The notes beneath the pieces were generated by a model, which was not told the origin of the DNA, did not search any database, and saw nothing but the letters and a program-made list of their open reading frames with translations. Of a stretch of DNA of 64,000 bases, positions 38,115 through 47,804 are shown one piece after another. Location: the IMG/VR virus record IMGVR_UViG_3300035232_000745. One strand, 5' to 3'. The translations under genes and the position numbers were made by a program. The stretch is from a virus. Position 1 is the stretch's first letter, and the number at the start of each line of letters is the position of its first letter.

Positions 38115-38482
38115 GACGTGTAACCACTTTCTTTAGTGAGTTTCATAATGACGTGGAATGGTCCGTCGCCAATGATGCGTATGTCTCTATCTGCATATAC
38201 GTTGTCTACGAAACCTGTATATTCATGAGAACCAGAGTTAACAAAATAATAATGTCCGTGAGCAGTTGCGCCATCCCACCTAGATACATCTACGTGTTTG
38301 TTGACTTTACAACCCCAAAATATTTCTTTAATTGTAACAGAAGCTGTACCCGAATCAAAAGTTTCGCCAGCAGCGGCAAGGTCTGATAGTGCAACATCAA
38401 CAGTATCGCCAGATGAGTCTGTTACGTATACTTTGATTACTGCTTCGTTCTGTGATCTTTTTAAATAATGAATACTAGACAT
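38111..38482 (-). CDS. putative virion protein
   Basis: start MSSIH after GAGG SD; late promoter on - at 38503-10. Confidence 0.65.
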   Translation of the reverse strand: MSSIHYLKRSQNEAVIKVYVTDSSGDTVDVALSDLAAAGETFDSGTASVTIKEIFWGCKVNKHVDVSRWDGATAHGHYYFVNSGSHEYTGFVDNVYADRDIRIIGDGPFHVIMKLTKESGYTS

Positions 38483-38637
38483 TGCAACCTCTTTTTTTAT
38501 TTTATTTATAAAATGACAAACTGTCACATTTTCACTTGGTGCATAACCGCAATGCCAAATAGGGCATGCTAATTTACCAATTTCCTTAATAAATAAAATT
38601 GTAAAACAGTTTAACACTTATTAGGAAAGGTACCAGA

Positions 38638-38913
38638 ATGGCACACACACTAAATAACGAATCATCTGCAGCATCAGTATTTGCATACAAAGTTGTAGTC
38701 TTCTTCGAAAAATTCGGCGCAGCAATGGCTAAGCGTAGAGAAGCACGAGCAACATTCAAAACCCTCCAAGGATTAACAGATCGCGAACTTAGCGACATTG
38801 GTATCAGTCGTGGAGACATTCGCTCGATCGCAAACGACACATGGGAAGATAATCGTAAACGCGATACTTTACCATATGCATCAACTAACTCTAACTTAAA
38901 AGGTTTTGTATAA
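38638..38913 (+). CDS. DUF1127 (YjiS-like) small protein
   Basis: L..LTDRELSDIGISRGDI. Confidence 0.9.
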   Translation: MAHTLNNESSAASVFAYKVVVFFEKFGAAMAKRREARATFKTLQGLTDRELSDIGISRGDIRSIANDTWEDNRKRDTLPYASTNSNLKGFV

Positions 38914-39101
38914 TGGAAATCGCAGGTGAACAACCAGTAAGAATGCCAAAATTTTTTAGATTATTAGCAAAAGGCTTAGTTGCTCTTGGAATGTTCTTAT
39001 GGGCATTTGGTGAGTCAGCAGGTAGAGCAAGAGCTGCAAGTGAATTATATCGTCAAGGATATGTAGAAGAAGCAAGAAGATTAATGTTGGAGAGTAAATA
39101 A
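38913..39101 (+). CDS. small protein with GRARAA.EL motif
   Basis: coupled ORF in DUF1127 operon. Confidence 0.7.
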   Translation: MEIAGEQPVRMPKFFRLLAKGLVALGMFLWAFGESAGRARAASELYRQGYVEEARRLMLESK

Positions 39102-39322
39102 TGACTGGTGATATAGCAACAATGGGCGCATTAATTGGCGCAGGGTTAGCAACATTTGGTATGGGTGGCGCAGCCATCGCAGTAGGAATGATTGTTGGTA
39201 GTGTACTTAAAGTAATGCCTAAGAAGCCGGATACTGGTACAATGTTTGTAGGAGTCGCATTTGCAGAAGCATTAGGAATCTTTGCATTCTTAGTAGCATT
39301 ATTATTAATGTTTGCGATCTAA
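39101..39322 (+). CDS. atpE: ATP synthase F0 subunit c paralogue with altered loop
   Basis: [20 protein letters not shown] with carboxylate Glu. Confidence 0.9.
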   Translation: MTGDIATMGALIGAGLATFGMGGAAIAVGMIVGSVLKVMPKKPDTGTMFVGVAFAEALGIFAFLVALLLMFAI

Positions 39323-39543
39323 TGGTTGGTGAACAACACCTCGAGATCTCAGCGCAAGTAGTACAGAAATTAGGTTTCTATATGTTTGTGGTAATGACAT
39401 CTCTAATATTAATATGCATAGCATTTGGGTTTTATGCAGTGATTACTAAGTTTAAAGAACCCACATGGAAAGAAGCGTGTATCGCACAAGGCGGTGTACC
39501 AGTACAGTTAGAAAAATCATACTTCGACTGTAAGAAGCTGTAA
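39322..39543 (+). CDS. small single-TM protein
   Basis: TM helix plus C..GG......C. Confidence 0.6.
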   Translation: MVGEQHLEISAQVVQKLGFYMFVVMTSLILICIAFGFYAVITKFKEPTWKEACIAQGGVPVQLEKSYFDCKKL

Positions 39544-39558
39544 CAAAGAGGAAACGTA

Positions 39559-39693
39559 ATGTTTAAACGATTTATGAAATTAATGGAATATAGAAGTTAC
39601 TGCATGAGTATTAAGCAGTTGAGAGAAATGGGTATGTATGATAAAGCTGATGAAATCTCAGAATTCAAACACAACATGTATAAAACAAGTTAG
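39559..39693 (+). CDS. small protein (44 aa, not in ORF track)
   Basis: GAGG SD; QLREMGMYDKA resembles [11 protein letters not shown] of 38913 ORF. Confidence 0.55.
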   Translation: MFKRFMKLMEYRSYCMSIKQLREMGMYDKADEISEFKHNMYKTS

Positions 39694-39701
39694 GATATAA
39701 T

Positions 39702-40130
39702 ATGAAAACACTTTATTTTTATTTAGCAGTCTTCGCCGCAGTATTTACAGTGAGCGCAGCAAACGCAGACGTAACAATCGAAATGTTAAACAAGCGCGAC
39801 GATGGCGCTAAGATGGTTTACTCACAAGATATTACACGTATCGAAGTGGGTGAGATTATCACATGGATACCAACATCAAAAGGTCATAACGTAGAATTTA
39901 TTGCAGGACCAGACGGATGGAAGTTGCCTAAGAAATCAAAATTAAATAAAGTAGTTGAGATGCAGTTCAATACACCTGGTGTATATTTGTATCAATGTTC
40001 ACCACATAAAACAATGGGCATGATTGCTATTGTCGTTGTAGGTGATGGCGGAGATGGTTTATCTGTTCCAGGTAAAAAGATTAAAGGCAAGTCAAAGAAA
40101 AGACTTAAAGAAATAATGGCTGACCTATGA
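39702..40130 (+). CDS. pseudoazurin (type 1 blue copper protein)
   Basis: signal peptide, GHNV, YQCSPHKTMGM ligands. Confidence 0.9.
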   Translation: MKTLYFYLAVFAAVFTVSAANADVTIEMLNKRDDGAKMVYSQDITRIEVGEIITWIPTSKGHNVEFIAGPDGWKLPKKSKLNKVVEMQFNTPGVYLYQCSPHKTMGMIAIVVVGDGGDGLSVPGKKIKGKSKKRLKEIMADL

Positions 40131-40264
40131 TCGATCCAGACCACACTTACGTAAAGCCTAAAGGTGAGAAGAAAAAAGGCGGAAAGTAATAACTTTATAA
40201 ATCCGTATAAATAAAGGGTAGGCATTAAGTTGTCTACCTTTTTTTGATTCAACGGAGAAATATT

Positions 40265-40828
40265 ATGGGAAGAATACGTGATAGAGGTAATGATGGCGGT
40301 AATGTTTATAGGTGGCAAACATTAGCAAGATTCGTAAATACTAACGGTTGGAGAAGAGGCGCAGAACTAGGAGTTCACGATGGCGTTAACTACAAATATT
40401 TAATTAATAATTGTCCGAATTTACATTTAATCGGTGTAGATTTATACGAGCCACAACCAGAAAATAATGGTCCAGAAAAGTGGACTCCAGGCGAACATGG
40501 TCATGCTTGGAATCATAACGCATATTATGACGATATGAGAGAATTTTCAATAAAACACCCAGATAGAACTGATATAATTAAAGACTATACCACAGAAGCT
40601 GCTAAGACGGTTTATGATGGTTCATTAGATTTTGTATTCATCGATGCTGATCATGGATATGAAGGTTGTTTGCGTGATATTAAAGCGTGGGATAGTAAAG
40701 TACGAGAAGGTGGTATTGTATTTGGACATGATATTCATTTCCCTACTGTACAAAAAGCAGTTACAGAATTTTACGGTGAAAACTCTTGGAACGTTGAAGA
40801 TGATTTTATTTGGTGGGTGCAAAAGTGA
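40265..40828 (+). CDS. class I SAM methyltransferase (Methyltransf_24-like)
   Basis: GAELGV, DFVFIDADH.YE, GG...GHD. Confidence 0.85.
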   Translation: MGRIRDRGNDGGNVYRWQTLARFVNTNGWRRGAELGVHDGVNYKYLINNCPNLHLIGVDLYEPQPENNGPEKWTPGEHGHAWNHNAYYDDMREFSIKHPDRTDIIKDYTTEAAKTVYDGSLDFVFIDADHGYEGCLRDIKAWDSKVREGGIVFGHDIHFPTVQKAVTEFYGENSWNVEDDFIWWVQK

Positions 40829-41475
40829 ATATTGAAAAGAAGCTGACACAGATTTGGATAGGACCTAAGCCTGCTCCGCTTACATGGATGCACACTTGGA
40901 GAGATAAACATCCTGACTGGGAATATTCTATATTTGATGATAGTATGCTTCATAATCGTAAATGGCATAACCAACATTTAATTGATCGTTACTATGCAAT
41001 GCAAAAGTGGCCAGGAGTATCAGACTTAATAAGATATGAATTGTTATATGAAAGAGGTGGCTTTTGGCCAGAAGCTGATATGACTTGCTTAGAAAATACT
41101 GATGAGTTGTTTACTTCACCAAAAGATCATGCTTATTCTTGTTATGAAAATGAAAAAGGAAGACAAAACTTTATTCAACCTATTATGGCATGTAATCCAG
41201 GTAATGCTTTCGTAAAACATGTCATAGATACATTACATATATTAACACCAAACGAATTAAGCCCAGAACCTTTTAGATCAACTGGAAATCTATTCTTAGC
41301 TCGTCATGTTCCGCATTGGATGCATCAACTTACAGTATGGCCCAGTCATTACTTCATTCCTTTGTTTTACATTGGCGGAGCTAAAAGATATGATGGACCT
41401 GATAAGGTTTATGCCGATCATAAATGGGGATCAACCGGCCATGCAAATAGTATAACATATGATAAGGGTTTATAA
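40825..41475 (+). CDS. GT32-like glycosyltransferase
   Basis: QIWIG, W...HPDWEY, SDLIRYELLY..GG. Confidence 0.82.
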   Translation: MNIEKKLTQIWIGPKPAPLTWMHTWRDKHPDWEYSIFDDSMLHNRKWHNQHLIDRYYAMQKWPGVSDLIRYELLYERGGFWPEADMTCLENTDELFTSPKDHAYSCYENEKGRQNFIQPIMACNPGNAFVKHVIDTLHILTPNELSPEPFRSTGNLFLARHVPHWMHQLTVWPSHYFIPLFYIGGAKRYDGPDKVYADHKWGSTGHANSITYDKGL

Positions 41476-42146
41476 TGTACATATCTCACAAATATAAATT
41501 GATATTTTTAAGATCTCCGAAAACCGCTAGTAGCAGCTTATCAGAGTTTTTTATTAAAAACATTCCCGATCCTGATGCTATATACACGCCAGTAGAAGAT
41601 AGTAATATAAAAGGAACATTGAGTCAGGATATTATTAATAGATATAAAACTCATTTCAAATTTTATCATTTTACTTTGCAAGATATAATTGATAATAATA
41701 TTATTACGAAAGAACAGGCATTATCATATCGTTCTATTTGTGTTATAAGAGATCCAGTCGATAGACAAAAAAGTTTTTACTACTTTTATAAAAAATGGAA
41801 ACAACCTGGTTCTCAAGCGAGCATTGAACAATACAACGATTGGACATCAAACGGTCCTTTTATAGGTGAACCTAACTCTGGTATATTACAATCATCTTTT
41901 TTAAAAATCGATAACAAAATTGTAGGAGAGTATTGGTTGTATCAAAACTTTCATAATGATTTAAGTCAATTAATGCGAGAATTAGACTTATCGGTAACAC
42001 ATATGTTACCACAGCATAAGACAGACTTTAGAAAAAACAGAGATAACGAAATAAAGTTTAACGAGTTTGCCACTGATAATTTAAACAAATTCTTTGGTTC
42101 AGATGTTAAGTTGTATAATGAATTATTAGAAGAGACTTATGTATGA
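41475..42146 (+). CDS. sulfotransferase family 2 protein
   Basis: PKTASSS PAPS loop, IRDP.DR..S. Confidence 0.8.
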   Translation: MYISHKYKLIFLRSPKTASSSLSEFFIKNIPDPDAIYTPVEDSNIKGTLSQDIINRYKTHFKFYHFTLQDIIDNNIITKEQALSYRSICVIRDPVDRQKSFYYFYKKWKQPGSQASIEQYNDWTSNGPFIGEPNSGILQSSFLKIDNKIVGEYWLYQNFHNDLSQLMRELDLSVTHMLPQHKTDFRKNRDNEIKFNEFATDNLNKFFGSDVKLYNELLEETYV

Positions 42147-42826
42147 AAGCTTACATATTAAAGATTGATACTCAAACATCGAATGAATATGCTAAAGTTT
42201 GTTCTGATAGCTGCAACAATATAGGACTTGATTGGGAGTATTTTAACGGGTTTCAAAACATGTCTGGAAAGATGGCTTTTAATACTTTAAATATCCCTGG
42301 TTTACCTGTAGAAACATACAGTCACATCGATAACCCTTCTACTGGCCATAAAGCTATGTGTGCTACAGCTGGTCATTTTGCGATATGGCAGAAAATTGCT
42401 AAGTCTGACCACGATGTAGGTATAGTTTTAGAACATGACGCAGTTATGTTACAACCAGTAACTATACAAATACCAGAAAATACTATCGTTGTTCTTGGTT
42501 ACAAAGTTAAAGATAAAGATAGATACGATCACAAATCTGCTGGTGTTCCTAATGATTTAATAAGAATTGACGGGCACGAAGGAGCTCACGCTTATGCAAT
42601 AACTAAAAGAACTGCTAAGTTCTTGCTCAATGAATTGAGCATACAAGGTGTTCATAGCGCAATAGATAATGATTATTTTATTAGAAGACAGCGCAGAACT
42701 GCAATGCCTTTAACTATAGCATCACCTACACCAGCTATAGGATGGTTAAGGGAATCTACCATATGGCAAGAAAGTTCTCATACTAATTATGAATTTATAC
42801 CCTCTTTTCATAAATATTATAAATAG
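42143..42826 (+). CDS. GT25-like glycosyltransferase
   Basis: H..IWQ, VLEHDA, GAHAYAIT..A. Confidence 0.75.
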   Translation: MKAYILKIDTQTSNEYAKVCSDSCNNIGLDWEYFNGFQNMSGKMAFNTLNIPGLPVETYSHIDNPSTGHKAMCATAGHFAIWQKIAKSDHDVGIVLEHDAVMLQPVTIQIPENTIVVLGYKVKDKDRYDHKSAGVPNDLIRIDGHEGAHAYAITKRTAKFLLNELSIQGVHSAIDNDYFIRRQRRTAMPLTIASPTPAIGWLRESTIWQESSHTNYEFIPSFHKYYK

Positions 42827-42857
42827 AAATAAATCTCAATACAATAGGATTGCTCTC

Positions 42858-44966
42858 ATGGCTGATGATAAAGACGTTAAAACAGATGAAAAATCTAAAA
42901 AGAAAAATTCTAAGAATTTTGACAGTTCAAAATATATAGATGTAGAACCTACATTGGATGAAAAAGAAGAGACTAACGAGGCTCTTTTAACCAGAATGCA
43001 AAGACGTGCACGCGGTATTACAATGCGTAAAAATCGTTTTAAGATTAAAAGAGGTAGAGAAAAAGCTGCCCGCAGAATGGCATCAGTCGAAATACTTAAA
43101 AAGAGAGCACGTAAACAAGCTATACGCAATTTAAAAGCCAAATTCGCTAAAAATAAAAGATATGCTGAAATGAGCGCTGGTGAAAAGATAGTCATCGATA
43201 AAAGAATTTCTAAGTTACCAGCATCTAGATTGAATGCTATGGCTCGTAAGTTATTGCCAAGTGTCAAAACTGCTGAACGCGCAAGAAAAACACATGCTAA
43301 GAAAGAGTCTGTTTCTTTATCAAGCATGGTAGATAATAATTTAAATGAAGCAACAATGTGGGGTCAAAGACAAGGCAAGCGTCCTCATATGCTTCTTGAT
43401 AAAGATAACAAACCAAAATTCGATAAACGTTTTAGAATGTATAAACCTAAAATGGAAGAAAGTGTTGATGATTTTGATGAGATCCTCAATTTATTAGAAA
43501 CAACAGAAGATTACGTTAGTAGCGAACAAGGACGAGAAGATATGCAAAGCTTTAAAGAAAACACAAGGCTAAAGTTAATTAATAAAATTAAAAACTCAGG
43601 CGTAGTTAAGTCAGGTTCCATGTCAAAAGACGCACCAGTTAAAAAGGAAAAAGAAGAGATCAAAGAGCTATCGATTGCTGACGTTCAAAAGGCCACAGCG
43701 ATGGCAAAGAAACGACAAGAAAAGGAACGTAATGCTAAAGGAAAAACCAGTGTATCGACGACTGATCTTGCAGCACGTATGCCTAAGAAAGAAGCAGCTG
43801 ATTTAGCAGATCTCGCAAACGAAAAGATTAAAGATAAAAAAGAAATTGGTGAAATACCAAAAGACAGCGAAAGAAAATTTAAGCGTCGTAAAACCGTAGT
43901 TGATAAAGAAATAGAAAAAAATGACGTGGAAGAAGCAGCAACTCAAAGATCTTTGTTAAACATTGTTGCTAAAAACGAAGCATTTGGTCGTGCAAGATTT
44001 TCTCAAGAACTAAAAAGAAAAGGAATGGATGTAAATAAAATGCATTCCGACAATGTTAAAGATGCAGAAGCTGCAAAGAAAAGATCGGCAGAAGCTGAAA
44101 AAGATTTAGCTGATTTCAGAAAAAAGCACGGAATGAAAGAGTCAACAAACGGTGTACGTCAACCAAAGCATATGGACCCTAAGCCAACAAGCATTAAATC
44201 TATTACTACAACCAAAAGAAATCCTACTAAAGTTAAACCAAAACCGGCTGCAAACAACCGGCCAGGATATGTTGCTGGAGATGAGTACATTGGTGAAGCA
44301 CAACTTGACGAGTTATCGCCTGAAACAATGATGAGCTATAAAAAGAAAGCTGATTACAGTGCAGATCGTGCAGCAAACTCTGCAGCTGCTAAAATTCTTA
44401 GAGGTAAAGATAAAGACGGCAATAGAGCTGATCATTCTCCTGAACTTAAGACTATGAAAAAACGCAGAGAAGGCGACAGACTGTATAATACAAGAGCTGC
44501 CGATAAGTTAAGAAAGGCTTTACAAAAAGAAGCTACTATTCCTGATGGACAAACTGCTTTTACAAAAAGACCAGATGTGACAGATAGCGATAAAGATAAA
44601 CTTCTTAAGATTAAAGCAATGATGGATAAAGAACGCTCAAAGAAAAATACGAATGAGAAATATGCTTCAGATGCTCAACGTAAAGCAGTATGGGCATCGA
44701 GAAATGATAAGAAAAATGAAGCCCAGGTAGACGAGATGGATATTTCTGTTAAGTCTATTACTAAGTCAGGACTTAGAAAAGTTGGTGATGAACCTAAACT
44801 AAAGGCTGATTTAAAAGCTTTAAGAGATAGACTTAATAAAGATAAGGGTGACGGATACGGCTCAAATAAATCATTAAAAGCTAATTACGGCGAAGAAGCT
44901 GGTGCAGGAGAACAAGGTACTGATAAATTAGTTAATAGATTTAAAAAGGACACTCCCAATGCTTAG
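42858..44966 (+). CDS. large K/E-rich putative head internal or core protein
   Basis: late promoter at 42818-25; many L/V/I-x-E gp21-type cleavage motifs; LDELSPE module. Confidence 0.65.
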   Translation: MADDKDVKTDEKSKKKNSKNFDSSKYIDVEPTLDEKEETNEALLTRMQRRARGITMRKNRFKIKRGREKAARRMASVEILKKRARKQAIRNLKAKFAKNKRYAEMSAGEKIVIDKRISKLPASRLNAMARKLLPSVKTAERARKTHAKKESVSLSSMVDNNLNEATMWGQRQGKRPHMLLDKDNKPKFDKRFRMYKPKMEESVDDFDEILNLLETTEDYVSSEQGREDMQSFKENTRLKLINKIKNSGVVKSGSMSKDAPVKKEKEEIKELSIADVQKATAMAKKRQEKERNAKGKTSVSTTDLAARMPKKEAADLADLANEKIKDKKEIGEIPKDSERKFKRRKTVVDKEIEKNDVEEAATQRSLLNIVAKNEAFGRARFSQELKRKGMDVNKMHSDNVKDAEAAKKRSAEAEKDLADFRKKHGMKESTNGVRQPKHMDPKPTSIKSITTTKRNPTKVKPKPAANNRPGYVAGDEYIGEAQLDELSPETMMSYKKKADYSADRAANSAAAKILRGKDKDGNRADHSPELKTMKKRREGDRLYNTRAADKLRKALQKEATIPDGQTAFTKRPDVTDSDKDKLLKIKAMMDKERSKKNTNEKYASDAQRKAVWASRNDKKNEAQVDEMDISVKSITKSGLRKVGDEPKLKADLKALRDRLNKDKGDGYGSNKSLKANYGEEAGAGEQGTDKLVNRFKKDTPNA

Positions 44967-45456
44967 TTTTAAACAATTTGTTATTGAAGCAAGAGATACT
45001 CATTGCTCAGATAAATGTTGTGGTTCCGACGTTAAAAGAGAAGATTGCGATTGCCCACCAACTTGTGAGCATTGTAATTGCAACGCAGTTGACGAAGCTT
45101 GTTGGGATACTCATAAACAAGTAGGAATGAAGAAAAAAGGCGATAAGATGGTACCAGATTGTGTACCTAAAGAAGATGTAGATGAAGGTATTGTTGGATC
45201 AGCTTTATCAGGCGTATTTAAAGGCGCTGCTAAAACAGTTGTAGGTGGAACACGCCTAGCCGGTAAGGGTATCAGAAGAGCATCTGTAGCAGGGAGAGCA
45301 GACGCAGCTGAGAAAAAAGCTAAAAAAGCCGAACAAAAGAATAAAGATCGTGAAAGACTTACTAAGATGAAAGCAAGATACGATGCTGCAAAAGCTAAAG
45401 CAAGAGAAAGAGCTAATGCACCGGTAAAGCCAACTAAATCAGGAGCTACTTCATGA
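44959..45456 (+). CDS. putative internal head protein with Cys-rich module
   Basis: N-terminal MLSFKQFVIE targeting-like sequence. Confidence 0.65.
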   Translation: MLSFKQFVIEARDTHCSDKCCGSDVKREDCDCPPTCEHCNCNAVDEACWDTHKQVGMKKKGDKMVPDCVPKEDVDEGIVGSALSGVFKGAAKTVVGGTRLAGKGIRRASVAGRADAAEKKAKKAEQKNKDRERLTKMKARYDAAKAKARERANAPVKPTKSGATS

Positions 45457-45683
45457 AAAAGTTTAAGTCATTCTTAGAAGCAAAAGACCAAAATCCTGGT
45501 GAATACGATCAAGAAGGAAGCATGGCTAAGACATCTTTGCGCACTATGATAGATGCTGCAACTGAATTGTCTAATATGCTAGGCGATGATGATAATCTAC
45601 CAGAATGGGTTCAAGGCAAAATTACTAAGGCCACTGATTATATTGATACCGCAAGAGATTATATGAAGTCAGAAAAGAGTTAA
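45453..45683 (+). CDS. putative internal head protein
   Basis: MKKFKSFLE; EG.MA...LPEWVQ.KIT.A.DY. Confidence 0.65.
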   Translation: MKKFKSFLEAKDQNPGEYDQEGSMAKTSLRTMIDAATELSNMLGDDDNLPEWVQGKITKATDYIDTARDYMKSEKS

Positions 45684-45686
45684 TAA

Positions 45687-46067
45687 ATGTTAAGATTTAA
45701 GCTTTTTTGCGAAAGAGTAACTCAGAGACAGATTACTGATTTAGAAAAATTTGGTGATAAACTGCTTAATAAGTACAATATCGATATCGAGTTTTCTAGA
45801 CATTTCGCAGATAGGATGAATGATCCAAGAAACAAACCAGAGATTAAGATAGCAGAGCTTCAGAAACTGTTTAAAAAGATTGCTAAGAGAAAAGGCAAAT
45901 CAATTAAACAGTTAGGGCCTGATGTGCAAGCTGTTTTAAAAGATATTGATACAGATTTAAATTTGCCTATTGTTATTCATTATAACAAAGGTGAATTTGA
46001 GATTACGCATAAAACTATTATGCGCAAAAAGAATTTTAGAACCCCAAACGACGTGGTGAAAGTATGA
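45687..46067 (+). CDS. putative internal head protein (HF.DR motif, possible RNase fold)
   Basis: MLRFKLFCE; RHFADRMNDPRN, KTIMRK. Confidence 0.6.
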   Translation: MLRFKLFCERVTQRQITDLEKFGDKLLNKYNIDIEFSRHFADRMNDPRNKPEIKIAELQKLFKKIAKRKGKSIKQLGPDVQAVLKDIDTDLNLPIVIHYNKGEFEITHKTIMRKKNFRTPNDVVKV

Positions 46068-46522
46068 AAAGATTTATTCAGTTTACAGAAAACGCTAGTT
46101 ACTATAAAGGCATTCCTAAAAAACAAAAAGATGACAGAGAACGTCATTTTGAAAAAGGCGCAAAGATGGATGATGGTAATCCAGCTGCTTATAAACCTGC
46201 TCCAGGAGATAAAGATGCTAAGACTAAAGAGTCAAAGCATACAAAGAAAGCACGCGCAATGGGTTTTACAAACGAAGAGTTTGATTTCTTAGGAGAAGAC
46301 GCTGCAGGTAAATCTTTAGCAGATAAAGCAAAAAAATCGGGTATGGCCGCAGGTATTTTGCGTAAAGTATATAATAGAGGTGTTGCGGCATGGCGTACTG
46401 GACATAAACCTGGCACAACTCCACAACAATGGGGTCATGCTAGGGTAAATTCTTTCATTACAAAGTCTTCTGGTACTTGGGGAGGAGCTGATAAAGACTT
46501 AGCTTCTAAGGTAAAAAAATGA
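46064..46522 (+). CDS. putative internal head protein (DUF5824-like)
   Basis: MKRFIQFTE; VYNRG.AAW.TGH.PG..PQQW..ARVNSF. Confidence 0.65.
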   Translation: MKRFIQFTENASYYKGIPKKQKDDRERHFEKGAKMDDGNPAAYKPAPGDKDAKTKESKHTKKARAMGFTNEEFDFLGEDAAGKSLADKAKKSGMAAGILRKVYNRGVAAWRTGHKPGTTPQQWGHARVNSFITKSSGTWGGADKDLASKVKK

Positions 46523-47424
46523 TAACTTTTAAACAATATATAGCAGAACAAGAAGATAAGGCTACACCTGGCTTTGATAAAGATAAAGATGGAAACGTTT
46601 TTGTTGCTCATGATACTTCATTCGACAGGAAAAAAGAAAAAGAAAAGAAAAAAGATACTAACGAATCTATAATAAAAAAAGTTAAAAAAGCTTTTGGCGT
46701 TAAAGCAGATCATGAAAAATCTTTAGCTGATCACGCTGCGAGTCATAATAAAACAGATCACAGTGAACATCTATCAAACCATTCTTCTCGCGCACATGAT
46801 GACAATCATGAGAGTGAAGCTTTCGGTCATTTTAAACGTAACTCTTCAGAAATGAATGAGCATTTAATAAGTCAGCATAAAAAAGGATTAAGTCCTGATC
46901 ATCACAAAGGCTACAGTAAAAAAGCTGCTCACGAGCACAAAATACATAAAATGGACCATTCGCATTGGGATGACCACAGTGAATTTCCTGATCGTCACGA
47001 GCAAAAACATATTCGCAATAGCGAAGCCCATGTGCATCACACAATCCATAAACATTCTAAACCTCTTGGTAAAAAAATAACTTTGTATCACGGTTCACAT
47101 CACGACTTTGGTGCAGCAGCTGCAAAACATCCAAAAGGTATAATTCACAACCCAGCTCATATGTCTACATCACATGATCATAAATCAGCAAAAGAATTTG
47201 GAAGCGGACATATTCTTGCAATTCACGCCGATAAGAAAACTAAAGCCGTTCATATAGACGGCGAAGGCGCACGCCAACAGTCCAACCATCCTGAAAAAGA
47301 AACAGTTCTTCCAGCTGGAACTAAATTAAAACATGTTAAATCACATAAAACATCCGACGGCTATACAGTACACCACTTTAAAGTCCATAGTCAACACGAT
47401 AATGGCAAGCATTACGATCACTAG
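46519..47424 (+). CDS. His-rich ADP-ribosyltransferase-like internal head protein
   Basis: MITFKQYIAE; TLYHG, MSTS, EKETVLPAGTKL. Confidence 0.7.
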   Translation: MITFKQYIAEQEDKATPGFDKDKDGNVFVAHDTSFDRKKEKEKKKDTNESIIKKVKKAFGVKADHEKSLADHAASHNKTDHSEHLSNHSSRAHDDNHESEAFGHFKRNSSEMNEHLISQHKKGLSPDHHKGYSKKAAHEHKIHKMDHSHWDDHSEFPDRHEQKHIRNSEAHVHHTIHKHSKPLGKKITLYHGSHHDFGAAAAKHPKGIIHNPAHMSTSHDHKSAKEFGSGHILAIHADKKTKAVHIDGEGARQQSNHPEKETVLPAGTKLKHVKSHKTSDGYTVHHFKVHSQHDNGKHYDH

Positions 47425-47435
47425 AGAGATATTAG

Positions 47436-47759
47436 ATGAAAACTTTTAAAACATATATTAGTGAATTATATACTGAAGAAAAAGATCCACGTTTAAAGAA
47501 CGCTGGTGTAGCCGGTTTTAATAAAGCCAAAGGTACTCCTTCTCATCCTACTAAAAGTCATATTGTTGTTGCTAAAGATGGTGACAAAGTTAAAACAATT
47601 CGATTTGGTCAGCAAGGTGCAAGTACAGCTGGTGATCCTAAAAAGGGTGAGTCTGATAAAATGAAAGCAAAACGTAAGTCGTTTAAGGCTCGCCACGGTA
47701 AAAACATCGCTAAGGGGAAAATGTCAGCCGCATATTGGGCTGATAAGGTCAAATGGTAA
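47436..47759 (+). CDS. putative internal head protein (DUF6321-like)
   Basis: MKTFKTYISE; KTIRFGQQG, SFKARH, SAAYWA. Confidence 0.65.
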   Translation: MKTFKTYISELYTEEKDPRLKNAGVAGFNKAKGTPSHPTKSHIVVAKDGDKVKTIRFGQQGASTAGDPKKGESDKMKAKRKSFKARHGKNIAKGKMSAAYWADKVKW

Positions 47760-47804
47760 TTTTTTTATAAATACTATCAGTAAACATACAAAAAGGAAAT
47801 CAAA

